In this document: in pieces, positions 47,514 through 57,662 of the stretch
Numbering within the stretch: position 1 is the first letter of the stretch
Layout: every line of letters starts with the position of its first letter
From: an uncultured virus (IMG/VR IMGVR_UViG_3300025325_000017)
Taxonomy: Duplodnaviria; Heunggongvirae; Uroviricota; Caudoviricetes
Reading direction: 5' to 3' (one strand)
Length of the DNA stretch: 64,000 bases
IMG/VR virus record: IMGVR_UViG_3300025325_000017
Program-made: the position numbers and the translations under genes
The notes under the pieces: generated by a model
Seen by the model: only the letters and a program-made list of their open reading frames with translations
Databases searched by the model: none
What the model was told of the DNA's origin: nothing

Positions 47514-49783
47514 TGGAAGAAGAAGATTTCCTGAAACTTGTTCGTGACCGATACAGCCGTTGTGTCGAGGCCGACAGGGAGAATCACGCGCGGGCGCGGG
47601 AGGCTCTCGATTTCCGCGATCTCAAGCAATGGGATGAACAGGTTAGAGCGGAGCGCGAAAACGACCCGGAGGGGAAAAGACCGTGCCTTGTCGTTGATAA
47701 GCTCAATCAACACATCATGCAGGTTGTCAACGACGGACGGCAAAATCGTCCACAGATCAAGGTCAGACCCGTTGACGATGGCGGGGACATCGAGGTCGCC
47801 AGAATTTACGACGGAATATTGAGACACATCCAGGACAGGTCGAGGGCGGATGTTGCTTATGACACGGCCTTTGAATGCGCGGTGGACGGCGGTTTCGGGT
47901 TTTGGAGAATCCTGACGGAGTACAGCGATCCGAAATCCTTTGATCAGGAAATCAAGATCAAGCGAATAAGAAACAGGTTTTCCACCTATTTGTCTCCGGA
48001 AAGACAGGAGCCGGACGGCTCTGACGCGGAATACGGTTTCATTCTTTACAAAGTCCCGAAGAAAGACTTCGAGGTTGAATTCGGCGTGAAAGGCAAGGAC
48101 GCCCTTCAGGGATTCGAGACCGAGGGAAAAGAATTCACCGAATGGTATGGCGGTGACTGGGTTATCTACGCGGAATATTTCTGGAAAGAACGAACGAAAA
48201 TAAAGATCGTTCTTCTGGAAGACGGGTCAATAGGGGAAGAACACGAATTTCCCGGAGCCCCCATCAAGGCTGAACGTGAAAGCGAGAAGATAAAAATTCG
48301 CTGGAGAAAGCTGACCGCCACGAAAATCCTCGAAGATGGGGAATGGATAGGAGACTCCATTCCCATCTATGAGGTCATCGGTAACGAACTGGATGTCGAA
48401 GGCAAAATCTTGCGTTCCGGCCTTATCCGGCCGGCGATGGACGCGCAACGGGCAGATAATTACGCGGTTTCGGCCTTCATTGAAAACGTCGCCTTAGCTC
48501 CGAGGGCGTCCTATGTCGCCGCCGTCGGGCAGGTGGAGGATAACGCCGATTTATGGAAGTCCGCGAATCGAAGAAACATCTCGGTTCTTCCGTATAAGCC
48601 CGTCTCCGTGGACGGCGTTCTGGTCGGCGCGCCACGGCGTGAAGCACCTCCCGGAGTCAGTACCGGATGGCTGTCCGTTATGGAGCAGTCGGAACACAAT
48701 ATCCAGGCTTCGATGGGGCGCTATAACGCGACTCTTGGGGCGCCGTCGAATGAGACTTCCGGCAAGGCCATTCAGGCTAGAAACCGCGAGGGGGATACCG
48801 GAAGTTTCCATTTTTCGGATAATTTTGCGAGAACCCTCCGGAGAACCGGGCAGGACATCGTTGACATCATTCCGAAGATTTACGATACCAAGAAAATCGC
48901 CCGCATCATCGGCGAGGACGGTGAATTGAGCAACGCCATGATTGATTCGAGTCTCGCGGACGAAAACGGGAATCCAGTCCCTTCCGCTGAAAAATCCATC
49001 AACGGAAAGATTCAAAAAATCTATAATCTCGGAGTCGGAAAATATGACGTGACGATAGTCGCCGGTCCCTCCTACACGACCCGAAGACTCGAATCCGCCG
49101 ATGCCATGATGGAGATTTCTCGTGGGAACAAGGAATTCATGTCGCAATTCGGAGATATTATCTTCAAGGCTCAGGATTGGCCGGGCGCGGAGAAGATTTC
49201 CGAGCGATTCAAAAAAATGCTTCCTCCGGAATTGAAAGACGAAGAACCGAATAATCTGGAAAAACAAAAAGGGCAAATTCAGCAGGCGACTCAAATGCTG
49301 GGACAAAAAGAGGCGGAAATAAACAACGCTATGCAACAGATTCAAGAACAGTCCCAAATGATCGCGGGGCAAGAACAACAGTCTCGGGAAGCGGAGCAAA
49401 AAGCAAAAGACGCGATGTCCAGGGTCCAGCAAGAGGTTGAGAAATTGAATACGATCATGGCTTCAATCGAAAATGAAAAATCCCTGTTCGCGCTGCAAAA
49501 GAAACTTGCGGAAAAAGAATTCGAAATCAAATCCGCCACGCTGGAATCCGAAAAAGAAATCGCGGCTGCGGAAGCCAATTTACTGAAGGCGCAACTGGAC
49601 GCCAAACTGAAGGAAATAAACGATCTTCAAAAAGAATCGCTGGAAAACACGCAGTCCGCTGAAACCATCCAAAAAGCAGTTCTGGAAGCCCTGGATAGAG
49701 TAGCTCAGGTCGTGACGGCCCCCCGCCGGCTGATTTATGACGAGGCCGGTAATCCGGTGGCTTCCGAGTCCACGTTGAACTGA
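47513..49783 (+). CDS. Portal protein (P22-like)
   Basis: RPCLVVDKL, SGKAI, GPSYTTRR. Confidence 0.9.
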   Translation: MEEEDFLKLVRDRYSRCVEADRENHARAREALDFRDLKQWDEQVRAERENDPEGKRPCLVVDKLNQHIMQVVNDGRQNRPQIKVRPVDDGGDIEVARIYDGILRHIQDRSRADVAYDTAFECAVDGGFGFWRILTEYSDPKSFDQEIKIKRIRNRFSTYLSPERQEPDGSDAEYGFILYKVPKKDFEVEFGVKGKDALQGFETEGKEFTEWYGGDWVIYAEYFWKERTKIKIVLLEDGSIGEEHEFPGAPIKAERESEKIKIRWRKLTATKILEDGEWIGDSIPIYEVIGNELDVEGKILRSGLIRPAMDAQRADNYAVSAFIENVALAPRASYVAAVGQVEDNADLWKSANRRNISVLPYKPVSVDGVLVGAPRREAPPGVSTGWLSVMEQSEHNIQASMGRYNATLGAPSNETSGKAIQARNREGDTGSFHFSDNFARTLRRTGQDIVDIIPKIYDTKKIARIIGEDGELSNAMIDSSLADENGNPVPSAEKSINGKIQKIYNLGVGKYDVTIVAGPSYTTRRLESADAMMEISRGNKEFMSQFGDIIFKAQDWPGAEKISERFKKMLPPELKDEEPNNLEKQKGQIQQATQMLGQKEAEINNAMQQIQEQSQMIAGQEQQSREAEQKAKDAMSRVQQEVEKLNTIMASIENEKSLFALQKKLAEKEFEIKSATLESEKEIAAAEANLLKAQLDAKLKEINDLQKESLENTQSAETIQKAVLEALDRVAQVVTAPRRLIYDEAGNPVASESTLN

Positions 49784-49784
49784 A

Positions 49785-50246
49785 ATGGCCGCCGGCGACA
49801 TCACGTTTTATAATAAATGGAAAAAAGCCCAGTGGGACGCCGGGCTTACTTCCACGCCGGTTGATCTCGATACCGATACAGTCTCGGTTGCGGTGATGAA
49901 CGATACATTTTCACCGGATACCGGAGATTCATCCGCCCAAGTCTACTGGGGGGACATCTCGGCCAATCAGGTTGCGACCGGAGCGGCTTATACCGGACCA
50001 ATCGCCCTTGCCACGAAAACCGTGACGTTATCCAGCGGGGTAGCTGTATTCGATGCAGATAACATCGTCATCGCCCAAGACGCCACCGGGTTTACGAACG
50101 GAAGGCGGCTCGTGATATTCAAAAACACAGGCACTCCTTCGACTTCGCCGTTATTGGCGGTTGGCGATTTGGGAGCGAATAAGTCTATAGTCTCCGGTTC
50201 GCTGACATTCTCCTGGGCCGCAACCGGTATCTTTAGGAAAACATAA
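49785..50246 (+). CDS. Virion structural protein
   Basis: Homolog of 13247..13690. Confidence 0.6.
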   Translation: MAAGDITFYNKWKKAQWDAGLTSTPVDLDTDTVSVAVMNDTFSPDTGDSSAQVYWGDISANQVATGAAYTGPIALATKTVTLSSGVAVFDADNIVIAQDATGFTNGRRLVIFKNTGTPSTSPLLAVGDLGANKSIVSGSLTFSWAATGIFRKT

Positions 50247-51473
50247 ATGACTGATACTCTAACAAAAACTCTGTGGGACGCCGGCGCGGTGGTAGCCTCC
50301 GACGACATTGGAGGTATTCACTATCCAAGGGTAAAGCTGACTTCTGGCGCGGATGGCGCGGCTAACGATGCATCGCCGGTCAATGCTATTCCCGTGGCTT
50401 TCTTCCGCGACGCCGCTACTCATTCCGACCTGACTACTACTCCGCTCGCGGGAAGCGGATCGTATACCACAGCCTCGTTTGATTCGTTCAGTAAAGGTGC
50501 TTTTGTAACTCATCATATTTTTGCGGATCAGAATGGCACTCATTATTTCGAGGAATCCGTTAATGATGTGAATTGGAATATTCTGGACGCCGACTCAGTA
50601 ATAGCAAACGATCCGTTCGATGAACACCATATTGTCGGTGCGCGGTATTCAAGAATCAGATACGTAAACGGCGCTGTCGCGCAGACGGTATTCCGGCACC
50701 AAAATATCAGTCGCGTCGTAGGCGCGCCACACAATGTAGGCATTTCTCCAGCCGATAACGTAATTGCCGGAGACTATACAAACAACGGAAGTGCTCCCGG
50801 CGCAGACGCCCAGCTTGTCTTGTCAGCAATCGCCAACGCGGCCGCACCAAGCTACACAGAAGGTAATGTAGTTCTCCCGAGAGTCACCCTGTCGGGAGAC
50901 ACCGCCGTTACGCTCGACGGCGAATCCGTAGTTGTTACGGCCACAAATCTCGATGTCAGGGATTTAACCTCGGCGTCCGATTCCGTGGCGGCAGTCTCGG
51001 CGGGAGACATTGCTCACGATGCGGCGGACTCCGGCAATCCGGTAAGCATGGGTGGCATCGCCAGATCGGCGCTTACCTCGGTTGCCGCACTTGACCGCGT
51101 CAAGTCTGTTTTCGATCTTCAAGGCCGTCAGATTGTCAGAGCCAATGCCCCGCGCGGTTTAAGAGTCACGAATACCATCACGCTGACTTCAACCACGGAA
51201 ACAACACTACTTGCGGCGGCAGCTTCGACTTTCCATGACCTCACCAAACTTTGGATTAGCAATACATCGGCAACGGCTGTGCGCGTGGATTTTCGAGATA
51301 CAACAGCCGGTGCAGTAAGATTTTCATGGTATGTCCCGGCCGGACAGCCAGTGGGGTTCACGGATTCTAACGACCCAATAGAGCAAGCGTCGGTGAATAC
51401 CAACTGGACGGCGCAACTGTCGGCGGCGGTGACTGACGTAAGAATTTTCGCGGCTGCTGTAAAAAATATTTGA
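50247..51473 (+). CDS. Virion decoration/fiber-like protein, copy 2
   Basis: Mosaic paralog of 13692..14924. Confidence 0.55.
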   Translation: MTDTLTKTLWDAGAVVASDDIGGIHYPRVKLTSGADGAANDASPVNAIPVAFFRDAATHSDLTTTPLAGSGSYTTASFDSFSKGAFVTHHIFADQNGTHYFEESVNDVNWNILDADSVIANDPFDEHHIVGARYSRIRYVNGAVAQTVFRHQNISRVVGAPHNVGISPADNVIAGDYTNNGSAPGADAQLVLSAIANAAAPSYTEGNVVLPRVTLSGDTAVTLDGESVVVTATNLDVRDLTSASDSVAAVSAGDIAHDAADSGNPVSMGGIARSALTSVAALDRVKSVFDLQGRQIVRANAPRGLRVTNTITLTSTTETTLLAAAASTFHDLTKLWISNTSATAVRVDFRDTTAGAVRFSWYVPAGQPVGFTDSNDPIEQASVNTNWTAQLSAAVTDVRIFAAAVKNI

Positions 51474-51483
51474 GGAATAGCGA

Positions 51484-51732
51484 ATGAAACTACAACTGAT
51501 TGGAACGACCCTCCTGAAAAAGAAAGGAGTGCCTTTATATAGGATGGCAAAATATCTTTTCCTGAACGCAGATCATGTGGAGCCGATGGAGTTCAGTCAT
51601 CCACCGGAAATGACCGAAGAGGAGATTATTAAAGATATTCCGCAGATGCTAGCTAAGATCATAGAGCATCATGCGAATTTGATTGCCGATGGTTATAAAT
51701 GGCACGTCTACGAACAGAAATGGCATAAGTAA
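51484..51732 (+). CDS. Hypothetical protein found only in module B (start uncertain)
   Basis: No counterpart between the module A paralogs. Confidence 0.45.
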   Translation: MKLQLIGTTLLKKKGVPLYRMAKYLFLNADHVEPMEFSHPPEMTEEEIIKDIPQMLAKIIEHHANLIADGYKWHVYEQKWHK

Positions 51733-52460
51733 TGGCGGTCTCGCTCAGAGCAGTAGGCACCTATACCAGCGGCACGGCGAATCTCACGCCGGGCATTCCT
51801 GCGGGTGCCGTAACCGGCGATATGATGCTATGTTTCTACGGCACCAAGCCCTACAGCGATGCGCCTACTATAAACCAAGCCTGGAACACCTATGGGAGTG
51901 CGACTGACGGCACGGTGGCGGCAGGCGTAGATGTCGGTTCGATGCAGGTAAGGGTTTTCTGGAAGAAGCACACCGGTAGCGAGACAAACCCGACGATCAC
52001 CAATGGTACTAATAACGTTTCCGGCTGCGTCATCATCGTGTTTCAAAATGCGACAGGATCGTGGGAGATAGCCGGAGCGGGAGGTGGAGATAATACCGCC
52101 GGTACGGGATTTTCGGTGACTGCCGGGAGTAATCCCGGTATTACTGTCGGGGACATGCTCGTGGCTTACGCCGCGCTCCGCTCCGACGCGGCTACTCAGT
52201 CTGCGATCGGTGTCACCGCGACCAGTGCGACCATAGCGGCTTTCACGGAATCACCTGCGGCTGACCTGGTGACTACTGCCGGCGGCGACATGGCGATGTC
52301 GGGTGGGTACGCCGCCTGCACGGCGGGCACGGCCACCGCCGCGCCGGTGTATGCCTCGACGCTGGCTGCTGCGCACACGGGTTCGGCATACATAATGCGG
52401 CTGCGCGAGGCGGCGGCTACATTTATACGTGCCTCTACTTTACCGATGATGGGAGTCTAA
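51732..52460 (+). CDS. Virion structural protein, copy 2
   Basis: Near-identical to 14924..15652. Confidence 0.6.
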   Translation: MAVSLRAVGTYTSGTANLTPGIPAGAVTGDMMLCFYGTKPYSDAPTINQAWNTYGSATDGTVAAGVDVGSMQVRVFWKKHTGSETNPTITNGTNNVSGCVIIVFQNATGSWEIAGAGGGDNTAGTGFSVTAGSNPGITVGDMLVAYAALRSDAATQSAIGVTATSATIAAFTESPAADLVTTAGGDMAMSGGYAACTAGTATAAPVYASTLAAAHTGSAYIMRLREAAATFIRASTLPMMGV

Positions 52461-52732
52461 TGGCAACCGTAACAATTACATCCATTGTTGAAACAGACGA
52501 TCACGTGGAGTTCGCATGCTCATTTTCAGTAACTACTCCCGTGCTTTCGTGGGCCGAAACATTAGTGTTTGGGCGCGACCGCGTGAGAGGACTGACTCAG
52601 GCGCAGATGCGTGATGAAGTTTTGTTCCCCTTGTGTCAAGAAATAGTGTTGGGACGAATAGGCGTCAATAGGGCGCAAATTGCAGGGAATTCTATATTGA
52701 ACGTGGCACAGACGATTCCTAATACGCCCTGA
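52460..52732 (+). CDS. Hypothetical protein, copy 2
   Basis: Near-identical to 15652..15924. Confidence 0.65.
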   Translation: MATVTITSIVETDDHVEFACSFSVTTPVLSWAETLVFGRDRVRGLTQAQMRDEVLFPLCQEIVLGRIGVNRAQIAGNSILNVAQTIPNTP

Positions 52733-52744
52733 GACAGTAAGTAA

Positions 52745-53320
52745 ATGTTTACCCCCATATTAGCCACTACCGGAGCGGCTGGGGAAACGGTTAATTTCAA
52801 TGCCACGACAATCGCATTAACCGCCCCCTCATTCGGGATTGATGAGGCGTTTGTATTCAATCCGGCGACACTGACGCTTACTTCTCCGTCGTTCAGTATT
52901 GATGAGGCGATTGTTTTTCTTTCTTCCGAGATTCTTGTTTCCGGAGAGGTTTTCACCGTTGAGAGCGCGGAAGAAATCACGGAAACATTCAGCGGTGGAT
53001 ACATCCACGCCACTCTTGCGGAAAGAAACCTCCTTCGATCCAGAAATAAAAAAGAAGATGATCTCGCGCTTCCAATCGAATTGAGGCAAGTAGCCGAACA
53101 AGCGGTAAAAGATTCGATTAGCGCGTCTTTTTTTGACGGATGTTTGACGGATGAGAGAGAGCATCTTCTTCAGGCGATGGAAGCGTGGGAATCTTATGAC
53201 GAAGCTTACAGGCGGGCGTATAAAGACGCCTATATAGCCGAAATCGTCAAAGATCGCTGGCTGGCGGAAATAAAAAGAGCCAGACGCAATCGGGCGGTAG
53301 CATTACTTTTATTACATTAA
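52745..53320 (+). CDS. Hypothetical protein
   Basis: Same start as 15936..16463, then divergent. Confidence 0.55.
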   Translation: MFTPILATTGAAGETVNFNATTIALTAPSFGIDEAFVFNPATLTLTSPSFSIDEAIVFLSSEILVSGEVFTVESAEEITETFSGGYIHATLAERNLLRSRNKKEDDLALPIELRQVAEQAVKDSISASFFDGCLTDEREHLLQAMEAWESYDEAYRRAYKDAYIAEIVKDRWLAEIKRARRNRAVALLLLH

Positions 53321-53339
53321 AGCCAACAGGAGACCATTC

Positions 53340-54122
53340 ATGGCTGAAGTAGAAGCAGTTGTAGCTGATGCTGGAGTTCCCCCGGAAACACCTGAAATAA
53401 AAGAAGTCCCGGAAGAAAAAAAGGAGATTCCTCCTCCTAGAACTTATACTCAGGAGGAACTGGATCGCATCACCGCGAAGGTGAAAAAGAACGCCCGCTA
53501 TCAAACTCGCAAGGAGATAGAGGCGTTCTATCAGGGTCGTGATTCAAGACCGGAGCCCAGAATCGAAGCCGACGGAACTAAACCTCCGGAACGTGGAGAT
53601 TATGGCACCTACGAAGATTTTCTGGATGCAAAAGCCGCCTTCATGGGCGGCAAGGCCGCACAAGAAGAGCGTGCAAGAATTGACGAACAGACAATGGAAG
53701 CGAAATTTATCGAAGAACAGCAGAAAATCTTCGATGGATTTCGGTCTAAGACGCAAGAAAAGTATCCGGACTTGGAAGAGCGGCTGGAGGAAATCTCCGA
53801 TGTCGTCATGCCGGCGGGCATGGGACGAGCCATCGCCGAATCCGATGTCGGGCCGGATATTCTCGATTTCTTTGCAAGAAACCCCAAAGACTGCAAGCGC
53901 ATCGCGGCGCTTTCACCGTCTTCCGCCGTGCGCGAGATCGGCAAGCTGGAAGCCAAATTAGAGGCTAAGCCGGAACCGAAAAGACAAGCACCATCCGCCC
54001 TGCCTTCTCCCATAAAACCAGGCTCTGGAAATGAGTCAGCTACGCCAAAAAAGTTGATTGAAATCTCCAGCCAGGAAGAATTCGAGAAAAGAAGAAGGGC
54101 GCAAATCGCCGCAAGGCATTGA
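53340..54122 (+). CDS. Capsid scaffolding protein
   Basis: TYTQEELD, GPDIL, REIGKLEAKL; upstream of the coat gene. Confidence 0.8.
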   Translation: MAEVEAVVADAGVPPETPEIKEVPEEKKEIPPPRTYTQEELDRITAKVKKNARYQTRKEIEAFYQGRDSRPEPRIEADGTKPPERGDYGTYEDFLDAKAAFMGGKAAQEERARIDEQTMEAKFIEEQQKIFDGFRSKTQEKYPDLEERLEEISDVVMPAGMGRAIAESDVGPDILDFFARNPKDCKRIAALSPSSAVREIGKLEAKLEAKPEPKRQAPSALPSPIKPGSGNESATPKKLIEISSQEEFEKRRRAQIAARH

Positions 54123-54144
54123 TTAGCATTCCAAGGAGTAAATA

Positions 54145-55365
54145 ATGTCAAATATTTTCAAAGTTACCGATTTAGTAGCGAAAGAATCGCTCAGAATCGC
54201 CCATGAAAAACTTCAGATGATTGGCACCGTTGATCGCCAATACGATGAAGATTTCAAAATGAACGGCCGGAGTTCGCCCCATGGGGCCACTCTCCGCGTC
54301 AAAGATCCCAACCAGTATACCCGCCGCACGGGCAACGCCATGGCGGTTCAGACTCAGGCGGAAAGCACTCAGACCATTACCGTCGCCACCCTGGATGGCG
54401 TGGACATGGGGTTTACCGCGTCTGAGTTGATTCAATCGGTTGATAACGACGGCGCGTTCGACGATTTGTCCAAGAACTATATCCAACCGGCCATTTCGGG
54501 GCTTTGCTCCGGCATTGAATCGGATGCGATTGCGTACTGGACAAAAGCCACGGCGAATATCGCCGGGACTGCCGGCACCGCTCTCACCGATCTTGTCGTC
54601 CCCGGTGCTGCGCGCGCCAAGCTGAACCAGAATGCCGCCCCCAAAGACGGCAATCGGTACATCATGGCCGATTCCGTGACGATGGGTGGGATGGTCAATG
54701 GCCTGAAGGGTCTCTTCCAAGATTCGGCTCAAATCAAGGAACAGTATCGTGAGGGCATGATGGGCCGTACCGCGATGGCGGATTGGTACGAAAATGACCG
54801 TATGTGGACTATGCCTAACAGTGCTGACGTGGCTGGTGAAATAAATGCCGGTACGTTAACTTCAGGCATTACTTCACTGACCGTTGATGGTTTTACCGCT
54901 GCGCCGGTGGAAGGAATGGTTTTTACCATTGAAGGAACGTATGACGTTCACCCTGAAACCAAAGCGGCGTTTTCTAACCTGAAACAATTCGTATGTTCCG
55001 CCGGATGCACCACGACTAACCTTGTGTTCACACCGGCTGTAATTTACGACACGACCAATCCCAAGCAGAACTGTTCCGGCGCTCCGACAGATAACGACGA
55101 CATTACATTTGTGGGTGCTTTATCCACCAACTATGTCCAAAACCTGATGTACCACAAGGAGGCGTTTCAGTTCATCACGGCTCCGTTGCCGGTTCTGGAC
55201 GATGCTCAAAAATGCGTCAGGGTTACTAAAGACAATCTTAGTCTTCGCGTCTGGATGGCGTCCGATATTCGCAATAATGAGTTGCTGATGCGGGTGGACA
55301 TTCTATACGGTTTGGCGGCGCTGCGTCCTTCATGGGCTTGCCGCATGATCGGTGCTGCCGGCTAA
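54145..55365 (+). CDS. Major capsid protein (P22 coat-like)
   Basis: VDRQYDEDF, YHKEAF, RVDILYG..LRP. Confidence 0.9.
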   Translation: MSNIFKVTDLVAKESLRIAHEKLQMIGTVDRQYDEDFKMNGRSSPHGATLRVKDPNQYTRRTGNAMAVQTQAESTQTITVATLDGVDMGFTASELIQSVDNDGAFDDLSKNYIQPAISGLCSGIESDAIAYWTKATANIAGTAGTALTDLVVPGAARAKLNQNAAPKDGNRYIMADSVTMGGMVNGLKGLFQDSAQIKEQYREGMMGRTAMADWYENDRMWTMPNSADVAGEINAGTLTSGITSLTVDGFTAAPVEGMVFTIEGTYDVHPETKAAFSNLKQFVCSAGCTTTNLVFTPAVIYDTTNPKQNCSGAPTDNDDITFVGALSTNYVQNLMYHKEAFQFITAPLPVLDDAQKCVRVTKDNLSLRVWMASDIRNNELLMRVDILYGLAALRPSWACRMIGAAG

Positions 55366-55390
55366 CACAACTTATTATAGGAGCTAAAAC

Positions 55391-55885
55391 ATGACTACAC
55401 CTACGGATATTGAACGTATTTCCTATGGCGGCCCCACGGGGTCTTTGCAACTCGGCGAACATCGTCAAGTCATTCAGGGCGTCGGGGCGACCCGCACTCT
55501 GTTGGCAAAGGAATCCGGCGCTCTCTGCCTGCTCGATAGAGCGGCGGGCGTCGTTTATACCTTGCCAACCCCGGTTGAGGGGATGCGGTTCGAATTTCTG
55601 GCGACAGTCGTCAGAACCTCGAACTCCTATAAAGTCATCACGGCTGCGATTACCACGCAGTTCATGGTCGGAGCAGTAATGGCTGGCGATCCGGCTATTG
55701 CCACTTCGGGTGATGTCTTCACGGCTGATGGCACGACTATCGCCGCCATTACTTGTGACGGTGATACCAAAGGCGGGTTTATCGGCGAACATTATACCCT
55801 CACGGCCATTAGTGCTACTCAGTGGGCGATTGAGGGCATGGTGATCGGGACCGGCACGATGGTTACTCCGTTTACCGCCACTTGA
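55391..55885 (+). CDS. Capsid decoration-like protein
   Basis: Follows the coat gene; ESG..YTLP motif. Confidence 0.55.
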   Translation: MTTPTDIERISYGGPTGSLQLGEHRQVIQGVGATRTLLAKESGALCLLDRAAGVVYTLPTPVEGMRFEFLATVVRTSNSYKVITAAITTQFMVGAVMAGDPAIATSGDVFTADGTTIAAITCDGDTKGGFIGEHYTLTAISATQWAIEGMVIGTGTMVTPFTAT

Positions 55886-55898
55886 TTGTTTAACTAAC

Positions 55899-55932
55899 AA
55901 CCCCGCCTCGATAATGGGGCGGGGATTTTTTT
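55899..55932 (+). terminator. Rho-independent terminator
   Basis: CCCCGCCTC..GGGGCGGGG followed by a T run. Confidence 0.75.
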
Positions 55933-55941
55933 GGGTGAAAA

Positions 55942-56286
55942 ATGGATACACTTTTTCAAACACAATCTCCTGGCATATCTATTTCAGTAACGTCAACGGC
56001 GTCAACGGCCGTTGCGCTCCCAGTGACAGACATTTTGGATAGTCTTGTCCAAGGACAATCTCATCTAAGGGTTGTCAATGAAGGGCCGAATATCGCCTTC
56101 ATCGCGGTCGGCAAAACAACGGCTACCGCGACCCTGCCAACGGCCACAGCGGCAAAAACTTGTGACGCTGTTTTAGCTGGTGAAGATATGATTCTAACTC
56201 TTTCTCCGAATGCTCGTTATATTTCGGCTATTTGCCGGGCGGCGGGAATTGCGACATTATCAGTTTACGTCGGGAGGGGCCAATAA
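55942..56286 (+). CDS. Virion structural protein
   Basis: Operon position; beta-rich. Confidence 0.5.
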   Translation: MDTLFQTQSPGISISVTSTASTAVALPVTDILDSLVQGQSHLRVVNEGPNIAFIAVGKTTATATLPTATAAKTCDAVLAGEDMILTLSPNARYISAICRAAGIATLSVYVGRGQ

Positions 56287-56744
56287 TGTTCAGGGGCGGC
56301 GGTTTTTCTCAAAATATCGGGGCGGCGACTTCAGCGACGGCGGTCATGGTCAATGGAGATACCATCTTTACCATTGCCAATGGTCCCATCGAGATTATTG
56401 ATCTTCTCTCAGAATGTATCACGGCCAACGGCGCAACGGCTTCAACCATGCAATATCAGTCAGTTCCCACGGTGGGAACTGCGACCACGTTTTCAGGCGC
56501 CTCGGCGGCCCTGACATCGGCAACGGCAGGAACCACGGTTCGCCTGGCTCCGACCGCTCTGACGACGGCTCCGGTCGTCGTGGCGGCTGCGGCCGGCGGC
56601 GTTCAACTGGGGACCAACGTCGCCAATCGAATTACCGCTCAGCCCGGCACGATCAAACTTGTCATCGGTGTTGGGTCAACCACGGGAACATGGAAGCATT
56701 ACTTGACCTATCTTCCGCTGGCTCCTAGTGTCACGGTTTCATAA
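56286..56744 (+). CDS. Virion structural protein
   Basis: TAATG coupling; Ala/Thr-rich. Confidence 0.5.
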   Translation: MFRGGGFSQNIGAATSATAVMVNGDTIFTIANGPIEIIDLLSECITANGATASTMQYQSVPTVGTATTFSGASAALTSATAGTTVRLAPTALTTAPVVVAAAAGGVQLGTNVANRITAQPGTIKLVIGVGSTTGTWKHYLTYLPLAPSVTVS

Positions 56745-56753
56745 GGATCATAC

Positions 56754-56942
56754 ATGCCTATCAGAATGACACACCCGCGCCACGGCACTACCCATGCCGT
56801 CGGCGCAGAAGTGGACTGGAACAAAAAACATGGATGGGTTATTGATGAGGGGCCAAAAATAGTCTCCGAGGTTAAGGAGATTGAGGAGATTAAACCGATG
56901 AGACGCGGGCCCGGCCGTCCAAGGGCAGTCAAGGCGGAATAA
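56754..56942 (+). CDS. Small protein with RGPGRPR motif
   Basis: AT-hook-like motif. Confidence 0.5.
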   Translation: MPIRMTHPRHGTTHAVGAEVDWNKKHGWVIDEGPKIVSEVKEIEEIKPMRRGPGRPRAVKAE

Positions 56943-56945
56943 ACG

Positions 56946-57662
56946 ATGGCGACTGCGCTAGCTATCATCACCAGGGCCATGCGGCTTGCGAGAGTTCTTC
57001 GTAAGGGAGAACCATTGGATTCCGATGAATCCACCGATGGATTGGTGGCCTTGAACACCATGTTGGATTCATGGCAACTAAGCCGGTTGTTTGTTTATCA
57101 GATAGTCCAAAATTCGCACACATGGCCCGCCTCGACATCTCTCCGCACTATTGGAATAGGCGGAAATTTCGCCGTACAGCGCCCCGTTAAAATAGACGGC
57201 GCTTTTGTCATGGATTCCAATTCTCAATGGTATCCGGTTGATGTTTTGACTGATCGCAATCAATATGACGCCATCGTCACAAAGACAGTAACAAGCACCC
57301 TGCCGAATTACCTGTTCATGGATTCCGCCTATCCACTGGCCTCAATTTATCTCTATCCCGTTCCTTCCGTTGTGGTCACACTTAAACTCAATACCTGGCA
57401 GACACTTCAATCGTTCGCTGGATTAACCACTGAGCTTGCGCTGCCTCCGGGTTATCAGCGCGCCATCGAATTCAGCTTGGCGGAGGAATTCGGGCCGGAA
57501 TTCGGAGTGGAAATTCCGGGGAAGGTGGAACAAATTGCCGTGCAAGCACGGGCAATCATACAAAACATGAATCGTCCCTCGATGATCGCGCAAGTAGATA
57601 GTGGGGCTGCATCGTTGGGTCAATCGGGCGGTAGGCGGAATATATATAGTGGTGGGCTATAA
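56946..57662 (+). CDS. Head-tail adaptor (P22 gp4-like)
   Basis: DGLVALNTMLDSW, LYPVP, LPPGY. Confidence 0.75.
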   Translation: MATALAIITRAMRLARVLRKGEPLDSDESTDGLVALNTMLDSWQLSRLFVYQIVQNSHTWPASTSLRTIGIGGNFAVQRPVKIDGAFVMDSNSQWYPVDVLTDRNQYDAIVTKTVTSTLPNYLFMDSAYPLASIYLYPVPSVVVTLKLNTWQTLQSFAGLTTELALPPGYQRAIEFSLAEEFGPEFGVEIPGKVEQIAVQARAIIQNMNRPSMIAQVDSGAASLGQSGGRRNIYSGGL